DNA of 63,279 nt, counting the filler. It is 9 parts of 9 records of this genome, joined end to end, with 100 filler letters (N's around TTAATTAATTAA, not from the genome) between each part and the next. Parts side by side here need not be neighbours in the genome. Positions count along the whole stretch, not along the records: positions 1 to 10,184 come from SRR20825010_2897; 8 more parts are not named here. One strand, 5' to 3'. Positions 1-8,971 of the stretch are shown in pieces. The first letter of the stretch is position 1. Every line of letters starts with the position of its first letter. The position numbers and the translations under genes were made by a program. Under the pieces are notes generated by a model. That model did no database searches. It worked only from the letters and a program-made list of their open reading frames with translations, and was not told the origin of the DNA.

Positions 1-759
1 AGTATATACTTCCGTTCTATCAGGGTTTAGATGAAGTAAATTCACATCCTCGTCAATAGGCTCAATTTCCAGATTTTCAGATGGTGATAACTCCAGAATT
101 TGCTTCAGTGCAATGATGTATTGCTGGTAGGTGTTTTTTGCAGCAATTACCTCGTATCTATTGGTGGCGGCCTGACTTTGTGCTTCCGTATAATCACCCA
201 ATGTGATTGTTTCTGCCTCCAAACGGGCCTTAGCTCTTACCACCTCCTTTTCTGAAGCGGCCAAATCATTCTCGGCAATAGCGATGCTCTCTTTACTATA
301 TAGGGCCTGTAGATAGGTCTCCAGAAGATTTAAAACAATGCTATTTCCGGCTACTTCCTCTTGAAGAATGCTTTGTTCCAGGAATATTTTACTTTGTTTT
401 ATTTGATTTTTGAGTTGATAGCCTTGAAACAAGGTCATAGAACTGTTTATGCCCACATTCGTACTGTGAATTTGATCGGTGACAAAATCACTGGTAATAG
501 GATCAATCGTGTTTCCGTTGGCGAAGTTTTGCGAGGCACTACCAAATAAATTGGGCAAAGTGGCTGACTTTGACTTATGGTAATCTACCTCAGCTATTTC
601 CTTGTTTAAGGCTGCATCCTTTACCGTGATATTGTTCTCAAGCGCATAGGTCACGCAATCTTCAAAAGACCATGTTTCTGAAGCAGGTGTATTTAATGCT
701 CCTTGTGCAAAGGAGAACTGGGCAAAGAACAAACTGACTATAAGAAGGTAAGATTTCAT
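1..759 (-). CDS. TolC-family outer membrane efflux protein (3' end truncated by window edge)
   Basis: Not in the ORF track. Manual minus-strand translation from ATG at 759 gives MKSYLLIVSLFFAQFSFAQ (signal peptide)...WSFEDCVTYALENNITVK...LPNLFGSASQNF...SMTLFQG, open to position 1; typical Bacteroidota TolC N-terminus. Confidence 0.85.
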   Translation of the reverse strand, partial: MKSYLLIVSLFFAQFSFAQGALNTPASETWSFEDCVTYALENNITVKDAALNKEIAEVDYHKSKSATLPNLFGSASQNFANGNTIDPITSDFVTDQIHSTNVGINSSMTLFQGYQLKNQIKQSKIFLEQSILQEEVAGNSIVLNLLETYLQALYSKESIAIAENDLAASEKEVVRAKARLEAETITLGDYTEAQSQAATNRYEVIAAKNTYQQYIIALKQILELSPSENLEIEPIDEDVNLLHLNPDRTEVYT

Positions 760-822
760 TTCAAGAGTGTTTTTGATTAACACCCCAAAAGTGAAACACT
801 ACTTCCACCTAATAAAAAGAGA

Positions 823-894
823 TATACGTTTGAGACGATTGCCTATACAGATGGGCTTATTTCATCGACGAGAAATTGGAAGCTGGTCGTTGAA
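823..894. promoter_or_regulatory. Candidate LytTR-type direct-repeat operator upstream of tolC
   Basis: TATACGTT(823), TATACAGA(844), TCGACGAG(865), TCGTTGAA(887) recur at 21-22 bp spacing, the two-helical-turn geometry of LytTR sites. Confidence 0.35.
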
Positions 895-968
895 ATCATC
901 AAAAAGGCAGGTCTGAACAAAAAACCATATCTTGGAGAAGGAATCTGAAAGCAACCAAAAAAAGGCCG

Positions 969-995
969 AAGGAATCACGAATGGATGACGTCTAA
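969..995 (+). promoter_or_regulatory. ECF-sigma-like promoter motif, copy 1
   Basis: AAGGAA-N14-CGTCTAA ending 18 nt before the ATG at 1014; same motif and spacing at three other sites. Confidence 0.6.
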
Positions 996-1013
996 TTAGT
1001 AAACCATTCTTCT

Positions 1014-2051
1014 ATGAAACATCTCCGATATACTCCATACCTACTGCTGTTTTTCTTAATGTTCATTGCGACGATTATCAGCTGCAGAGTCAATACCAAG
1101 CAGGACAAAAACACGGGAACCGTAAAAGCAGTAGACCCTGAGCTTTTTCTGGAAGGTACAACGGTAACTACCGTGGACTGTACCCTCTCGGATGGAACCA
1201 AAACGACCTGCTACGAAATAAAGGCGAGCTCCCCTACTGACCATGAAATGGGGCCATGGTGTCCGGAGCATATTACTGATGGCCCGGAAGCCGGAGGCAT
1301 TTGGCTGGAAAATGGAGAAGTGTACGATGTAGACGGTGAATTCATTGCGAATCTGGCCACCTTTTACAATGACGACACCTGGCTGATGTATGATGCTGAT
1401 GGAAATATTTACAAAACAAAAACAGAAACGGATTGCAATAATGCCGCCAACCCTCAGGTAGGTCCGGAGTATCAAAACTACTGCGTGGAATGTATCCCTG
1501 ATTACATCGTCGACCTGCAGCGAACATGGCTGATCCCAACCAAACCGGTGAAGCTCACTTCGTCAGCTTATTTTGCCAGGGGTGGAGGTGGTCCGGGAGG
1601 TCCTCCCGGAGGGAGACCGGAACCAGGCGACAGGCCAGCCGGCAACAGACCCGAGCCGGCGGCAAAGGGCTTTGGTCCTCAGACCCGTGGTATTGCTTTT
1701 AATGGGGTGGAGTTCTCAGCATCTGCTCCGGTTGATAACATTTTGAGTGCCTATACGATCGCTCCCTTTGATGATGCCGGTGGCCACATCAATGTACATC
1801 AGGGCTACCATTACCATGCAGCCACAGGTGTATCCACCCAAATCAGGCAGTCCGATGGTCATGCCTCCATGATTGGCTATGCCATGGACGGGCACGGCAT
1901 CTATGCCCAACTGAATGAAGACGGAAACGAACCGAGTGATCTTGACCAGTGTAGGGGGCACTATGATGACATAAGAGGTTATCACTACCACGTAGATGCA
2001 CCCGGCGCTAATAATTTCATCAATTGCCTGGCTGGAGCCTATATCGATTAA
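1014..2051 (+). CDS. YHYH-domain lipoprotein (paralog 1)
   Basis: Lipobox IISC; GIAFNGV; two His motifs GGHINVHQGYHYH and GHYDDIRGYHYH; IGYAMDGHGIY; Gly/Pro-rich insertion. Confidence 0.85.
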   Translation: MKHLRYTPYLLLFFLMFIATIISCRVNTKQDKNTGTVKAVDPELFLEGTTVTTVDCTLSDGTKTTCYEIKASSPTDHEMGPWCPEHITDGPEAGGIWLENGEVYDVDGEFIANLATFYNDDTWLMYDADGNIYKTKTETDCNNAANPQVGPEYQNYCVECIPDYIVDLQRTWLIPTKPVKLTSSAYFARGGGGPGGPPGGRPEPGDRPAGNRPEPAAKGFGPQTRGIAFNGVEFSASAPVDNILSAYTIAPFDDAGGHINVHQGYHYHAATGVSTQIRQSDGHASMIGYAMDGHGIYAQLNEDGNEPSDLDQCRGHYDDIRGYHYHVDAPGANNFINCLAGAYID

Positions 2052-2204
2052 CAATACTTGATCGGGTTTTCTATAGCACCTTCGCCTTTATAGAGAAAGG
2101 ATATTATTATGCCTGGAACTAGCTCAGCTGCATCCGGCTCACCATCCTGTAATGCATAAAGAGTTGATCATCGAAAAAATTTCCGAAAACATCTTGGTTC
2201 GGCG

Positions 2205-2231
2205 AGGGATTCCAAAACCAGTTGCGTCTAA
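2205..2231 (+). promoter_or_regulatory. ECF-sigma-like promoter motif, copy 2
   Basis: AGGGAT-N14-CGTCTAA upstream of 2307. Confidence 0.6.
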
Positions 2232-2306
2232 GAAGTAAATGACCTGATATCAAAACCACATCATCATATCAGTCACTTGATTAATTATTGACCATAAAGT
2301 ATAATC

Positions 2307-3290
2307 ATGAACATGCAGACAATAAAAATCTTAACGTTAATGCTTCTGGGTGCGTCCACTTTCACTTCCTGCAGCTCCGATGACGACATCACCGATGCAA
2401 CAGACGGTGATGACATAGACGTAACCGTAGGCACGGTCGTAGCGGTAGATCCCGACCTTTTTCTGGAGGGTACCACCGTCACCATTGTTGACTGCACCCT
2501 TTCAGACGGCACATCCACCACTTGCTATCAAATAGTTGCCAGCACCCCAACTGACCATGACATGGGCCCCTGGTGTCCGGATAATATTTCCGATGGAGCG
2601 GAAGCCGGAGGCATCTGGCTGGAAAATGGTGAAGTATATGATGTAGATGGTGCCTTTGTTGCCAATATGGCCACCTTCTACAATGACGATACCTGGCTGA
2701 TGTATGATGCCAATGGCGACATTTACGTTACAAAAACGGAAGATGATTGCATCAATGCTGCCAATCCAAATGTGGGTGAAGCATACAAAAACTTCTGTGT
2801 GGAGTGTATTCCCGACTACATCACTGAGCTCACCAATACGTGGCTGATCCCTGTCCAACCGGTAAAACTGACAACTACTGCCAGCTTTGCAGGAATGGGA
2901 CCCGGACAATCGGGACCTGCTATTCGGGGAATCGCCTTTAATGGTGCAGAGTTCTCTGCCTCTGCACCTGTGGACAATATATTGGGTGCGTATACTTTAG
3001 CTCCTTTTGATGATGCCGGCGGTCACATCAATGTGCACCAGGGGTATCATTATCATGCCGCCACAGGAGTTTCTAAAGAGGTAAAACAGGATGACGGACA
3101 TGGCGCCATGATTGGTTATGCAGCAGATGGACACGGTATCTACGCGCAACTCAATGAAGATGGCCTGGAGCCCGATGACCTGGATGCCTGTCGTGGGCAT
3201 TATGACGAAACAAGAGGCTACCACTACCATGTAGATGCACCTGGATCAAACAATTTCATTGATTGCCTTTATGGGGCATACGTTAACTAA
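2307..3290 (+). CDS. YHYH-domain lipoprotein (paralog 2)
   Basis: Lipobox FTSC followed by SSDDD; collinear with 1014-2051, same His and Cys motifs. Confidence 0.85.
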   Translation: MNMQTIKILTLMLLGASTFTSCSSDDDITDATDGDDIDVTVGTVVAVDPDLFLEGTTVTIVDCTLSDGTSTTCYQIVASTPTDHDMGPWCPDNISDGAEAGGIWLENGEVYDVDGAFVANMATFYNDDTWLMYDANGDIYVTKTEDDCINAANPNVGEAYKNFCVECIPDYITELTNTWLIPVQPVKLTTTASFAGMGPGQSGPAIRGIAFNGAEFSASAPVDNILGAYTLAPFDDAGGHINVHQGYHYHAATGVSKEVKQDDGHGAMIGYAADGHGIYAQLNEDGLEPDDLDACRGHYDETRGYHYHVDAPGSNNFIDCLYGAYVN

Positions 3291-3955
3291 TGAATTTTAT
3301 GAAAAAGATAACATCACTGTTTGCAGCGATTCTATGGCTATCGGTCATATCTGCAAGTGCCCATCAACCGGATATTTCATCGTTTACGCTTGTTGAGCAG
3401 CAACCCGGGCATTGGATGCTGCAGCTCAACGCCTCCATGACGGCTTTCCAGTATGAAGTGAGGAATGCGTACGGAGAAGGTTCGTATGCCACTCCTGAGG
3501 AGTTCAATGAATTGCTTCTAAGTCATTTGAAAGAACAAATCGCTATCAAAGTAAATGGAGCCGACATAACACTGGCAAATGGATTGGTAATGTTAGGACA
3601 CGCAACAACTGTTGCGTTTGAGCTATCCGAAGTTCCTGAGTCAGTTGACAAAGTGTTTGTCAAAAGCAATGCATTTGCAAACGTCCATCACAGTCAGGCC
3701 ATATTCAGCATCGTGAAAGAGGGTTTTGATAAATCTCGGTTTGTTTTAAGTGAATCGAACAATTACGAGCTTCATGTCTCATTAAAGGATAATCAAGTAA
3801 TGTTGGCCGAGACAGCATGGAATGCTAACTGGACGACTTTGGCGGCTTCTTTAATGATAGCCACAGGGATTGGTCTATTCTTGTATAGAACCGGATTTAT
3901 AAAAATAATTTTATCTCCTAAGCGCATTGCAAATGCACCGTCTGATAATTTATAA
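3290..3955 (+). CDS. Secreted, C-terminally membrane-anchored hypothetical protein with predicted N-terminal His
   Basis: Signal peptide ending ASA followed by HQPD; C-terminal hydrophobic helix TTLAASLMIATGIGLFLY; TAATG overlap with the upstream gene. Confidence 0.7.
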   Translation: MNFMKKITSLFAAILWLSVISASAHQPDISSFTLVEQQPGHWMLQLNASMTAFQYEVRNAYGEGSYATPEEFNELLLSHLKEQIAIKVNGADITLANGLVMLGHATTVAFELSEVPESVDKVFVKSNAFANVHHSQAIFSIVKEGFDKSRFVLSESNNYELHVSLKDNQVMLAETAWNANWTTLAASLMIATGIGLFLYRTGFIKIILSPKRIANAPSDNL

Positions 3956-3965
3956 ACGATCAATT

Positions 3966-4760
3966 ATGAAACATAATCCAACGAGTAGAACAATCCTTTC
4001 TCTAAGTATTACCTTAATAGTAATTACAAGCTTTTCGATGGTTTCTTGTAGTAGTGATGATAAAGATGTCACTCCTGTTGACACTGCTGATGATGAGGGT
4101 ACCGTATCCGTCACAACTGTGGTAAACAGTAATTATACAAGTGCGGTCACCATCTCAACCAGTGGAACCAACATAGTCCTGAAGTCGAACGGCGTACCTG
4201 ATCACGTAAGCCCCTATTGGGGAAGTGGCCATGACCTGTATGAAGCTCCAACGTTGGATGGACAAACAGTTAACCCGGGCACTTTGCAGGAACAAACTTT
4301 TGTAATGACAATCCCTGTAAATCCGTCAGCGGCATCTTCAAAAGAAGCAACTTCTCTTGGCCCCATTGGTATGGCCCTGAATGGTGTTGCAATTTATAAT
4401 GATCGTGAAGGAGGTAATGTTCCAGTTGATGCAGGCACGCTAACTTCGTTTGACCGAGGTGGTGCGCACAGCGGCCCTGGCGGTTTGTACCACTACCATT
4501 TCGATGGTGATTTCACGTCAGTTGATGATGACAATCTGATCGGGTTTTTAAGAGATGGATTCCCTATCTACGGTAGGAAGGATGCTGATGGCACCTATCC
4601 CACTGATTTAGATTCCAACGGTGGTCATACTGCAATTACAGCGGATTTTACAACTGCCATCTATCATTATCATACAGAAAATACAGCATATCTGAACTCA
4701 CGTTTCTATGTGTTAAAATCAGGAAGCTACCATGGCACCAAGGGAACGTTTACTTACTAA
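3966..4760 (+). CDS. YHYH-domain lipoprotein (divergent paralog 3)
   Basis: Likely start ATG 3966; lipobox MVSC-SSDD; SNGVPDH, LGPIGMALNGV, AHSGPGGLYHYH, IGFLRDGFPIYG, GHT...YHYH. Confidence 0.85.
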   Translation: MKHNPTSRTILSLSITLIVITSFSMVSCSSDDKDVTPVDTADDEGTVSVTTVVNSNYTSAVTISTSGTNIVLKSNGVPDHVSPYWGSGHDLYEAPTLDGQTVNPGTLQEQTFVMTIPVNPSAASSKEATSLGPIGMALNGVAIYNDREGGNVPVDAGTLTSFDRGGAHSGPGGLYHYHFDGDFTSVDDDNLIGFLRDGFPIYGRKDADGTYPTDLDSNGGHTAITADFTTAIYHYHTENTAYLNSRFYVLKSGSYHGTKGTFTY

Positions 4761-5394
4761 ATATCTTTATTTCATTTGCTTTCTGCTGAGTCTTGGTTGT
4801 ACGGACAGGAAAGATCAAGTTATGGAGACCGTCTCTATCATGCCGGTTGATATTTCACAAATTCCGAATGAAACAGTCTCTTCTCTTGATTCAAGTTTGC
4901 AACTGGTGAATGGTATTTACTACTATGCAGCCAAGCCATTTTCTGGCTTTATCAAGGAAATACACGAAAACAAGGCGGTAAAGAGCATTGGCAGCTATTA
5001 TCAGGGCATGCAACATGGGCTAACGAAAACTTTTTATCCTAATGGAAGCTTGCGCGATGTAAGAAGTTATAAGGAAAACATTGGCTATGGAAGACACTAT
5101 GGTTATTGGGCGAATGGAAACATAAAGTTTGACTTCACCTATCACTTTGATAAACGAGAGGGCATTCAAAAACAATGGTACGAAAGCGGGAGTCCGTATG
5201 CATTCTTGAATTTTAAAGATGACAAGGAGGACGGTATGCAGCAAGCCTGGCGAAAAAATGGAAAGGCCTATATCAACTATGAAGTCAAGGACGGATTTCG
5301 GTATGGACTGCAAAAATCGGCATTATGTTACACGCTTGAGGATGAACAGGTTAAGGCATCCGTATTTAAAGAGGAAATTATCATAAAAAATTGA
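4732..5394 (+). CDS. MORN-variant repeat lipoprotein (YwqK-antitoxin-like fold)
   Basis: Lipobox SLGC; repeats such as YYQGMQHGLTKTFYPNG, GRHYGYWANG, EGIQKQWYESG, DGMQQAWRKNG. Confidence 0.75.
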   Translation: MAPRERLLTKYLYFICFLLSLGCTDRKDQVMETVSIMPVDISQIPNETVSSLDSSLQLVNGIYYYAAKPFSGFIKEIHENKAVKSIGSYYQGMQHGLTKTFYPNGSLRDVRSYKENIGYGRHYGYWANGNIKFDFTYHFDKREGIQKQWYESGSPYAFLNFKDDKEDGMQQAWRKNGKAYINYEVKDGFRYGLQKSALCYTLEDEQVKASVFKEEIIIKN

Positions 5395-5426
5395 GCGTTT
5401 CTTTATCACAGACTAAATCAATAACT

Positions 5427-6044
5427 ATGAAGTATGGTTTTATCTTCTTAATAGGCATTGCGCTCTTCGCTTGTCAATCAGAACCCAAAAGAACACTCCC
5501 GTATTATAACACACCCGACTTTACGCCCAAATGGGAATTAACCGACAACTTTCATCAAATCAGGCCATTCAGCTTAATTAACCAAAGAAACGTACCATTT
5601 ACTGAAGCAGACATTGCTGGGAAGATATGTGTGGTGGATTTTTTCTTTACCTCATGCCCGGGCATTTGCCCCAAGATGGCAAGCAGCATGGCTGATTTGC
5701 AGAATGCGTTTTTGGAGGATGACAATATCCTATTGTTGTCTCACAGTGTTACGCCCGAATATGACAGTGTATCGGTGCTTCAGACCTATGCAACCAACAT
5801 GGGTGTCGACTTTAAAAGATGGAAACTTTTAACCGGAAATCGAAGTGAAATTTATGACCTTGGTAGGAAGTACTACTTCGTAGAAGAAGATGAAGGGATT
5901 ATGCGTGAAGAAGACTACTTCCTGCATACTGAAAACTTCATTTTGATAGACAAGCAACGTCATATTCGAGGTATCTACAATGGCATTGACCCTAACAGTA
6001 TCGAATCGCTCATTGCGGATATTAAAGTACTGGAGGATGAGTAG
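5427..6044 (+). CDS. SCO1/SenC-family copper chaperone lipoprotein
   Basis: Likely start ATG 5427; lipobox LFAC; FFFTSCPGICP (CxxxC) and downstream His in FLHTENFILID. Confidence 0.92.
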   Translation: MKYGFIFLIGIALFACQSEPKRTLPYYNTPDFTPKWELTDNFHQIRPFSLINQRNVPFTEADIAGKICVVDFFFTSCPGICPKMASSMADLQNAFLEDDNILLLSHSVTPEYDSVSVLQTYATNMGVDFKRWKLLTGNRSEIYDLGRKYYFVEEDEGIMREEDYFLHTENFILIDKQRHIRGIYNGIDPNSIESLIADIKVLEDE

Positions 6045-6100
6045 CAAACGGTTTTGAACATCTTAATTCCACAGCTCAAAAAAAGGTTTCATCCTGACCA

Positions 6101-6127
6101 AGGGACTAACAAAGAAACTGCGTCTAA
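6101..6127 (+). promoter_or_regulatory. ECF-sigma-like promoter motif, copy 3
   Basis: AGGGAC-N14-CGTCTAA upstream of 6166. Confidence 0.6.
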
Positions 6128-6165
6128 ACCAACAAGCAAATAAATTAACCAGACATTAAACGATC

Positions 6166-7572
6166 ATGAAAAGAATACTTTGGGCCATTATTCTACTGAG
6201 CTTTTTCACAGCTTGTAAGCAAGAGGATATCCTCACCTCAGAAAAGGAGACAGATACAGAAACCCCGGAAATTGTTATTGACGACACGGAGTTTGAACCG
6301 ACCGACTGGACCACTGACACACATAGCAACGACGCAGATCCCAACTATGAAGTGGTTTTTGATGACAATGCAGTGAAAAGATTAGACATTGTGATTACTT
6401 CCGACCATTGGGATGCCATGCTGGACGATATGACCAACCTATACGGAACCTTTGGATCTAGCAGAGGTGGCGGTGGCAATTCATTTTCTGATCAAGATCC
6501 CATTTTTGTTCCTACTGAAGTTTTTTATGAAGGCAAACAGTGGTATAAAGTAGGCGTTCGGTTTAAAGGAAATTCAAGTCTATCAAGCACGTGGAGCTCA
6601 GGAAATATGAAGTTGTCTTTCAAGCTTGATTTTGATGAGTTTGAAGATGACTATCCACAGATCAAGAATCAGCGTTTTTACGGATTCAAGAAACTAAGCC
6701 TAAAAAACAACTACAACGACAAATCCTTTCTGCGTGAAAAGGTGGCTGCCGATATTTTCAGAAATGCCGGGTTAGCAAGTTCACGCACGGCATTTTACAC
6801 GGTATATGTAGATCATGGCGATGGCCCTGTATACTTTGGTTTGTATACGCTAGTGGAAGAAGTAGATGACACAGTAATCGATACTCAATTCGCTAATAAT
6901 GATGGCAATTTGTATAAGCCAGATGGAACGGGTGCCAGTCTTGCCTCTGGCACGTTTAGCGAATCCGTTTTTATAAAGGAAACGAATGAAGAGGCTGCCG
7001 ACTGGTCGGATATTCAAAATCTATTTACAGCACTACATGCCAGCAATAGAACAAGCGACCCTGCGGCATGGCGAACCAGCCTGGAAACTGTTTTGGATAC
7101 GGATGTATTCTTAAAATACCTGGCTGTGAACACAGTCATACAAAACTGGGATACCTATGGTAGGATGACCCACAATTATTTTTTGTACAATAACCCTGAA
7201 ACCAACTTACTTAATTGGATTCCCTGGGATAACAATGAGGCCTTACAAACAGGTAATATGGGGGGCTCTTTACCGCTCAATTTCTCGGGAATGTCTTCCA
7301 GTCAGTGGCCGTTGATTGGTTTTCTCTATGCCGATGCGACATACCAGGCACAATATGACACGTATGTCGAAGAAGTGATCAATGGTGTGTTTAATGCGGG
7401 TGATATGCAATCGACCTATACCAGCTACGCCGCTTTAATAGAACCATATGCAACCACCGAAACTCGTGGATACACGTTTCTGAACAGTAGTTCCGACTTT
7501 CAATCAGCTGTAAACACGCTGAAAACACACGTAAATCAAAGAGCCACAGCGGTTGTCTCATATTTAAAATAA
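6166..7572 (+). CDS. CotH-family atypical protein kinase lipoprotein
   Basis: Lipobox FTAC; GVRFKGNSS, SFKLDFD, YFGLYTLVEEVD, NWDTY...HNYFLY, WIPWDNN motifs. Confidence 0.88.
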   Translation: MKRILWAIILLSFFTACKQEDILTSEKETDTETPEIVIDDTEFEPTDWTTDTHSNDADPNYEVVFDDNAVKRLDIVITSDHWDAMLDDMTNLYGTFGSSRGGGGNSFSDQDPIFVPTEVFYEGKQWYKVGVRFKGNSSLSSTWSSGNMKLSFKLDFDEFEDDYPQIKNQRFYGFKKLSLKNNYNDKSFLREKVAADIFRNAGLASSRTAFYTVYVDHGDGPVYFGLYTLVEEVDDTVIDTQFANNDGNLYKPDGTGASLASGTFSESVFIKETNEEAADWSDIQNLFTALHASNRTSDPAAWRTSLETVLDTDVFLKYLAVNTVIQNWDTYGRMTHNYFLYNNPETNLLNWIPWDNNEALQTGNMGGSLPLNFSGMSSSQWPLIGFLYADATYQAQYDTYVEEVINGVFNAGDMQSTYTSYAALIEPYATTETRGYTFLNSSSDFQSAVNTLKTHVNQRATAVVSYLK

Positions 7573-7582
7573 CAGATGATCA

Positions 7583-7609
7583 AAGGATTTTCTTTAAAAA
7601 CGCATCTAA
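7583..7609 (+). promoter_or_regulatory. ECF-sigma-like promoter motif, copy 4 (variant)
   Basis: AAGGAT-N14-CATCTAA upstream of 7687. Confidence 0.45.
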
Positions 7610-7686
7610 CTCTGGTGCTCAACCTTATAAAGTGCCTTTTCATCCTTATATTTCGAGTTATTTAACAATTACTTAATTTTCACATC

Positions 7687-8952
7687 ATGTTCGCTTGTTT
7701 TAAACTTAATCGTTTTCCATTTTTCATCAGTCTTCTTTCCTTGTTACTTGCTACAGCCTGTGGCGGGGATGGCGATGGTGACGAAGAACCAGAACCAACG
7801 CCTGAAGGCATCTTTATAAATGAAATAGTTGCTTCCGGTGACGACTGGATTGAGCTTTACAATGTAGCGGAAACGAGTAAGGACATTGGCGGCTATACCA
7901 TTGCCGATAGTGGCAATGAATATCCACTCCCCTCTGGCACCACCATTCCGGCCAAAGGATATGTGGTGCTGCTCTGCAACGATTTGGGTACAGGCCTCAA
8001 TACCAATTTCAAGCTCTCATCAGGTGGGGAATCGGTATCGCTGAAAAATGCTTCCGGTACCCTTATCGACATCATTGAATTTCCTAATCTGGATAATGGA
8101 CAGTCTTATGCCCGATTCCCGGATGGTTCTGATTTTTGGCAAATTACGGGTGCCCCCACGCAAGGAGAATCCAATGGAGATGAAACCGCACCTGCTATTA
8201 ACTCGATCTGGCGTGCTCCAATCGTACCTGCACTTAATGAAGATGTGGTGGTAACTGCTGAGTTGATTTCAACAACGGGGGTTAATGCGGTTAAATTGTT
8301 TTACAGTTTCAATGGTGCTTCTTTTTCGGAAGTTGCGATGACGCTCCAAAGTGGAACATCCTACACCGGCACCATTCCGGGGATGGCCACCGTTGGAACG
8401 GTTGATTACTATGTACAAGCTGTAGGAACCAATGGATCATCATCGTTCAAGCCTGCCTCAGCTCCGGACAATACAGACGATTATTTATTAAACACGGATG
8501 CCTTACCCCTACTGGTAATCAATGAGTTTATGGCCAGCAACACAAGCTGCTGTCCGGATACGGATAGTGGTGAGGACGAGTTTGACGATTGGATCGAAAT
8601 TCATAACATGGGTACCACTGCGGTGAACCTTGCCGACATGTTTTTTTCTGACAATAAAGACAATCCGTTCGAGGATAAAATCAGCAACGATAATGACGCA
8701 GCTACTACCATTCCTGCGGGTGGTTATCTGGTGTTTTGGGCTGATGGATCAACGAGCCAGGGGGATCTGCATCTTAATTTTAGTTTGAGTGCAGACGGGG
8801 AAGATATCGGCTTGTTTTATATAGATGGACGAACCATTGATTTGTACAGCTTCGGAGCGCAAAATGAGAATATTTCGTGGGGACGAACGACGGATGGTGC
8901 TACGACCTGGAAAGCCTTTGCTACGCCTACTCCTGGCCAGTCGAATGACTAG
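7687..8952 (+). CDS. Lamin-tail-domain (LTD) lipoprotein with two LTDs around an Ig-like domain
   Basis: Lipobox ATAC; INEI...DWIELYN...NFKLSSGGE...PTQGESN repeated as INEF...DWIEIHN...NFSLSADGE...PTPGQSN. Confidence 0.82.
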   Translation: MFACFKLNRFPFFISLLSLLLATACGGDGDGDEEPEPTPEGIFINEIVASGDDWIELYNVAETSKDIGGYTIADSGNEYPLPSGTTIPAKGYVVLLCNDLGTGLNTNFKLSSGGESVSLKNASGTLIDIIEFPNLDNGQSYARFPDGSDFWQITGAPTQGESNGDETAPAINSIWRAPIVPALNEDVVVTAELISTTGVNAVKLFYSFNGASFSEVAMTLQSGTSYTGTIPGMATVGTVDYYVQAVGTNGSSSFKPASAPDNTDDYLLNTDALPLLVINEFMASNTSCCPDTDSGEDEFDDWIEIHNMGTTAVNLADMFFSDNKDNPFEDKISNDNDAATTIPAGGYLVFWADGSTSQGDLHLNFSLSADGEDIGLFYIDGRTIDLYSFGAQNENISWGRTTDGATTWKAFATPTPGQSND

Positions 8953-8971
8953 TTAGGGGATAAATATACTG

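Noticed and set aside
4732-5394. Toxin-antitoxin system (YwqK antitoxin label)
   Set aside because: No adjacent toxin; the protein is a lipoprotein with generic MORN-variant repeats
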